A DNA stretch of 64,000 nucleotides from Octopus sinensis (taxonomy: Eukaryota): assembly GCF_006345805.1 (NCBI RefSeq), contig NC_043014.1, forward strand, positions 38,254,001 through 38,318,000, in the 5' to 3' direction. Below, in pieces: positions 59,445 to 64,000 of the stretch (within the stretch, counting starts at the first letter, position 1; each line of letters starts with the position of its first letter). The notes beneath the pieces are model-generated. The model was not told the DNA's origin. It saw only the letters and a program-made list of their open reading frames with translations, and did not search any database. Position numbers and translations under genes: made by a program.

Positions 59445-59792
59445 AACAAGAGCACCCAGAAAGCGCAAACCTCCATCAAGGCAACACTAATGTCTTCTCA
59501 ATGATTAGCCGGAGTTGATTTTTAAAATGAGAATATCTGAAATAAACTCGACGGCTCTCACAAATGAGAATACTAAAAATGAACCCAACTGCTTTCAAAA
59601 ATTAAGTAAAAAAAAAAACCGTAAAAATCATCCAGAATCCTTGTCCAGTACTGAATCAATCCCAAAATCTAATCAGTGCTAGTCGCTAAGCCAAACATCC
59701 TTGAAAGTTTCACCCAGTGGTTCCTGAGATATCTTGTTCATGGCCAAACAAACGACTGCAAACAATATCTCTGCCTTTACTACAGCAGAGGT
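59445..59792 (+). mobile_element. Helentron/DINE-1-like non-autonomous element, copy 2
   Basis: Preceded by TT; same body; terminal hairpin CTCTGC...GCAGAG. Confidence 0.6.
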
Positions 59793-60634
59793 AATTATTA
59801 GATTAGTGGCACCAAATTGCATCTTTGGATTGAATCCTTTCTCCATCTTTTCACTGCCCTAATCCCAAGCATCAATATAAAAATTGTTTATTAATTTCTA
59901 ACATACAGACAAGGACAGAAAATTTTTTTAGACAGGTGGATATGAACAGCCGATTAATACTTGATTCGTACTTTATTTTACCAATACTGGAAAGATAAAA
60001 GGTGAAGTCAACTCACTGAGGCAAGATTTGAACTCAGAACATAAAGGACTGGAACAAAATTTTGCAAAGCATTTTGTCTGACATTGTAATGATTCAGCCA
60101 ATCTACTATTGTAATATGAAAATTATTTAATGTTATTTGACTGCATAACAAAAATATTGACTAAAACAGCAAACAAACTATTGACTGAAGGCCTCTTGAC
60201 AGTGTTTTAATACTGATATATCCATGTTACTATGTTTGTATTGACCAGTTAAGTGGGTTGGGATTGGCTGAAGGTTTTATTGGTGCAATAGATTTTTTTT
60301 TTACTGATGAATAAATGTCCTTCTTGATACTGACTACTAAGTCATGAAAAAGAAAGGGGAATTGTATTTTAGGCATAGCTGCATGGTTAAGAAGCTTCCT
60401 TTGCAACCGCAGTTTCAGGTTCAGTCACACTGTTTGGACCCTTGGATAAGTGTCTTGTTCCATAGCCCCAGGACAACCAATGGAAACTGTGTGGAAACCA
60501 GTTATATATATGCATACACACACACATACACACTGTGTGTTTGTCCCATCTCACTCACCACTTGACAACCAGTGGTGGTTTGTTTACCTCCCAGTTACTT
60601 AGTGGCTCAGCAAAATGAGACCAATAGAATAAGT

Positions 60635-60957
60635 TCTGAGACCCCCTTCGGTCACGACACAGACCATGGAATTGCACCTAGAAAGTTACCCTCCCAGGCA
60701 CAAGTCCGGGCGAGTCCAGCAATCGCCCATGCATACCGGCCTCCCCTCTCCACACCACTGATGTTATCCAAGGGAAAGGCAAGGGCCGATAGAGCTTGGC
60801 ACTTGTGACATCGCAACTCATTTCTACAGCTGAGTGAACTGGAGCAACATGAAATAAAGTGTCTTGCTTAAGAACACAACACGCAGCCCAGTCCGGGATT
60901 CGAGCTCACAACCTCACGATCGTAAGATCGACGCTCTAACCACTGAGCCATCTGCCT
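60635..60957 (-). mobile_element. SINE family D copy nested in a family-A SINE, 11-bp TSD
   Basis: TSD ATAGAATAAGT at 60624-60634 and 60958-60968. Confidence 0.85.
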
Positions 60958-61146
60958 ATAGAATAAGTAACCAAACTTAAAAAAATAAATATGGGGTCAA
61001 CTTAAACCTTCATTCAACTCTTAACCCTTCAAGCTGTTGACCCAACATAGCCACACTGCACTAACGAAAACAAGAAAAAAAACTAAAAGTTATACGTTAC
61101 ATTGTTGTTCTGTGGGGGGAGATGGGGGGGCAGAATAATTAATAAA

Positions 61147-61565
61147 CCCTTTAGCATTCAGATTATTCTGTCGAATGTAAAGCTTATGTATTCACACCAT
61201 GTAAAATTAATCTTGCATCATTTCATGGCTTTGAGATTTCAATGATGTGATTGTTTATTTTTAAAATGACACAATAAGGTAGCTATGAATGACCATATCT
61301 GACTAGTTTGAACATAAAATAGGTAGAATATTTTGGCCGGATATGGCCGGTTTAAACACTAAAGGGTTAAACCTGCCATATCCAGCTGTTTTATGTTCAA
61401 AACTGGCCAGATCTGGTGGTTTCTCACACCTACTCGATGATGTAATTTTAAAAGTAAGCAATCACATCCTCTTGAAGCTATGAGACAACGCATGACTAAT
61501 TCAAAACAATGTGAATAAATAAGCTTTTTATATTGGACAGAGTAATCTGAATACAAAAGGTTTAA
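61147..61565. mobile_element. Inverted dimer of piggyBac-type MITE family 1
   Basis: Forward copy 61147-61366, TTAA 61367-61370, reverse copy 61371-61561. Confidence 0.75.
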
Positions 61566-61614
61566 ACGAGAGATAGCTTTTTTGGGGTTTTTTAAAAAAT
61601 TATTTTGCTTTTAG

Positions 61615-62022
61615 TTGCGGTAAGAAGTTTGCTTCCCAACCACATGGTCCAGGGTTCAGTCCCATCATGTGCCAACTTGAGCAAATGTCTTCTACTGTGG
61701 CTCTGGGCTGACCAAAGCTTTATGAGAGTGGATTTGGTAGACGGAAATTGAAAGAAGTCCATTGTGTGTGTGTGTGTGTGAGTGAGTGAATGAGCGAGTG
61801 TATGTGTGTATGTGTTCACTCCTGCTTGATAACTGGTGCTGGTGTGTTTACATCCTTGTAACTTAGAAATTCAGCAAAAGTTACTGATAGAATAAGTACC
61901 AAGCTTTAAAAAAAAAAAAAGGAAAATATATAAAAGTAAGTTCTGGGGTCAATTCATTCAACTACAAATTCTAGGTGGTGCCCCAGTATGGCCGCAGTCT
62001 AATGACTGAAAGTGAGATAAAA
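61615..62022 (+). mobile_element. SINE family A copy
   Basis: Head and tail similarity. Confidence 0.7.
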
Positions 62023-62139
62023 AGGTGCCAGCAGCTAGGCATTATGGGTCCATCTACTCTTCTGTAATAGATAAAATATTTGGAATAGTTTTACAATTAG
62101 AAACAAGTCTAGACAGAGATTTGACATATTTTGTGTTTT

Positions 62140-62357
62140 ATCTTTTACTTATTTCAATCATTAGACTGTGGCCATGCTAGGGTACCACCTTGAAGGGTAT
62201 TAGTTGAACATATCGACCCCACGACTTATTTTTTAAAGTCCAGAACTCGTTCTCTCAGTCTCTTCTGCCAAACCACTAAGTTACAGGGACATAAGCACAC
62301 CAATACCAGTTGTCAAGTGATGGTGGGGGACAAACAGACACAAAGACACACACACAC

Positions 62358-62389
<32 letters not shown>

Positions 62390-62643
62390 GAAAGCGTTGT
62401 GCTAGAAAGAGCAGTAGAAATCTCAAGACCACAAAAAAGGATAAATTCATGAAAGGAATCCTTTTATTTTATCCCCTTTTTGTGGTCTTGAGATTTCTAC
62501 TGCTCTTTCTAGCAAAACGCTTTCCTATTTGGAAGCCTCTTAATGTATTTCTATATGAATAATATATATATAGTCTAATAACTAATTCATTTTTTGTGCT
62601 AGGCCACTGGTAATAATAATTTATTATTACCCTATTTTATTAC

Positions 62644-62738
<95 letters not shown>

Positions 62739-62880
62739 CAGTGGGCTTCTTTCAGTTTCTGTTTATCAAATCCACTCATAAGGCTTTGGTTGGCCTGAAG
62801 CTATACTAGAAGACACTTGCCCAAGGTGCCACTTGAACCTGGAACCATGTGATTGGAAGGCAAGCATCTTACCACACAGC
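62140..62880 (-). mobile_element. SINE family A copy with an expanded linker containing a fold-back insert
   Basis: Tail 62140-62350, head 62742-62880, (TA)n and palindrome between. Confidence 0.7.
62387..62527. repeat. Fold-back palindrome (~59-bp arms, 22-nt spacer)
   Basis: 62387-62445 is the near-perfect reverse complement of 62468-62527. Confidence 0.92.
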
Positions 62881-63625
62881 TTGTTTATAGAATCCGTTCT
62901 ACTCTAGGCACAAGGCCAGAAGTTTTTAGGGAGGGGCCCAGTCGATTAGATCGATCCCAGTACACGACTCGTACTTAATTTATCGACCCCGAAAGGATCA
63001 AAGGCAAAGTCGACCTCGGCGGAATTTGAACTCAGAATGTAAAGACAGCCAGTTTATAGAATAAAGTACAAACAACATAGCAGAATGACAAGCTGCCTTA
63101 AAAGTGAAACCATGTCTGACTGAAAACTTGTGGGCGAGTCAACTACATAACATTTGATTGGAAACTCACATGTAAAATAAGATTTCTCTAATTGGAGCAG
63201 ACTTTGATTATCCCATAAAATAATTCATAACAACAAGAACAACAACAATAGCCTATCATTGCACAATATGGCTTCGCTCTTTTAACTTCGCAAGTCCATG
63301 GGAAAATGAAATGAAAGGAGTAGTAGTAGTAACAACTAGGTGGTGGTGGTGGTGGTAGTAGTAGTAGTAGTAGTAACGATGACAGAGCAACAATAACAAG
63401 ATCATACACAAATGCATAAAAACGAAGCCATTTCAAATTTTAATTCATTTCTGATCTGATCAGACGTTTGAAATGTAGTTTTTCAGCATTTCTATAAAAG
63501 CCATTCAATTCAGTTGTTGTCATATTTGTCAACTCAGAAACTGTTTCGGTGGGAATACTAGTTAAGTCGCACTCCCATAAATGTTCTCACCAAATATAAA
63601 GCTTAAATGACTAAGGTACACATTC

Positions 63626-63661
<36 letters not shown>

Positions 63662-63665
<4 letters not shown>

Positions 63666-63842
63666 CAATTTTCGAAGGGAATGAAAAATAAAAATTTTTA
63701 CATTGTTATTTTTAGCAGTTATACCTAGGTTTCAAATTTCTTTAGCAAATAAAATAATTTGCTAAAGAAATTTGAAACCTAGGTATAACCACAAAAAATA
63801 AAGTAAAAGTTTCTATTTTTCATTCCCTTTGAAAATCGCTAT
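63662..63842. repeat. Fold-back palindrome (~88-bp arms, 6-nt loop)
   Basis: Inner 33 bp perfect (63718-63750 / 63757-63789); outer arms diverged. Confidence 0.92.
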
Positions 63843-64000
63843 CAAATGTGGTTTTGGTCATTTTGACTGCTTCTTCTAGCATGTAAAAATTACCTGTTAA
63901 AGGTAGTTTTCTCTTTTGTTTAAATGTACACTATTTTATATTGAGAATATATTATCTATTGACTATTTATACATGCTAGGCCACTCGTGGTGATATTTCT

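Overview
AT-rich, microsatellite- and SINE-dense animal genomic DNA. The repeat families and (TA)n load point to an octopod cephalopod (inference; not database-checked). One protein-coding gene is well supported: a NUAK1/ARK5-type AMPK-related kinase on the minus strand. Six coding exons are present (47187-47307, 18665-18816, 18036-18101, 17461-17580, 16237-16369, 13623-14818), all AG/GT-bounded and in frame, totalling 1788 nt (595 aa plus stop). One intron is 28.4 kb long. The first coding exon (Gly-rich loop) was not found and probably lies beyond base 64000. The rest is mobile DNA: at least three tRNA-headed SINE families, RTE-LINE 3' ends, a deleted Tc1 element, piggyBac-type and hAT-type MITEs, Helentron-like elements and fold-back palindromes. 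The most interesting signal is three unrelated small insertions, each carrying a type I hammerhead ribozyme motif with a minimal or palindromic helix III (2608-2662, 11315-11360, 26367-26428). All three read on the NUAK sense strand. Two sit in (TA)n tracts. The third is a TSD-flanked tRNA-headed element whose inverted tail copy starts 1 nt from the predicted self-cleavage site. Together they look like a Penelope-dependent retrozyme / ribozyme-SINE system. Almost all ORFs in the supplied track are microsatellite or SINE artefacts.
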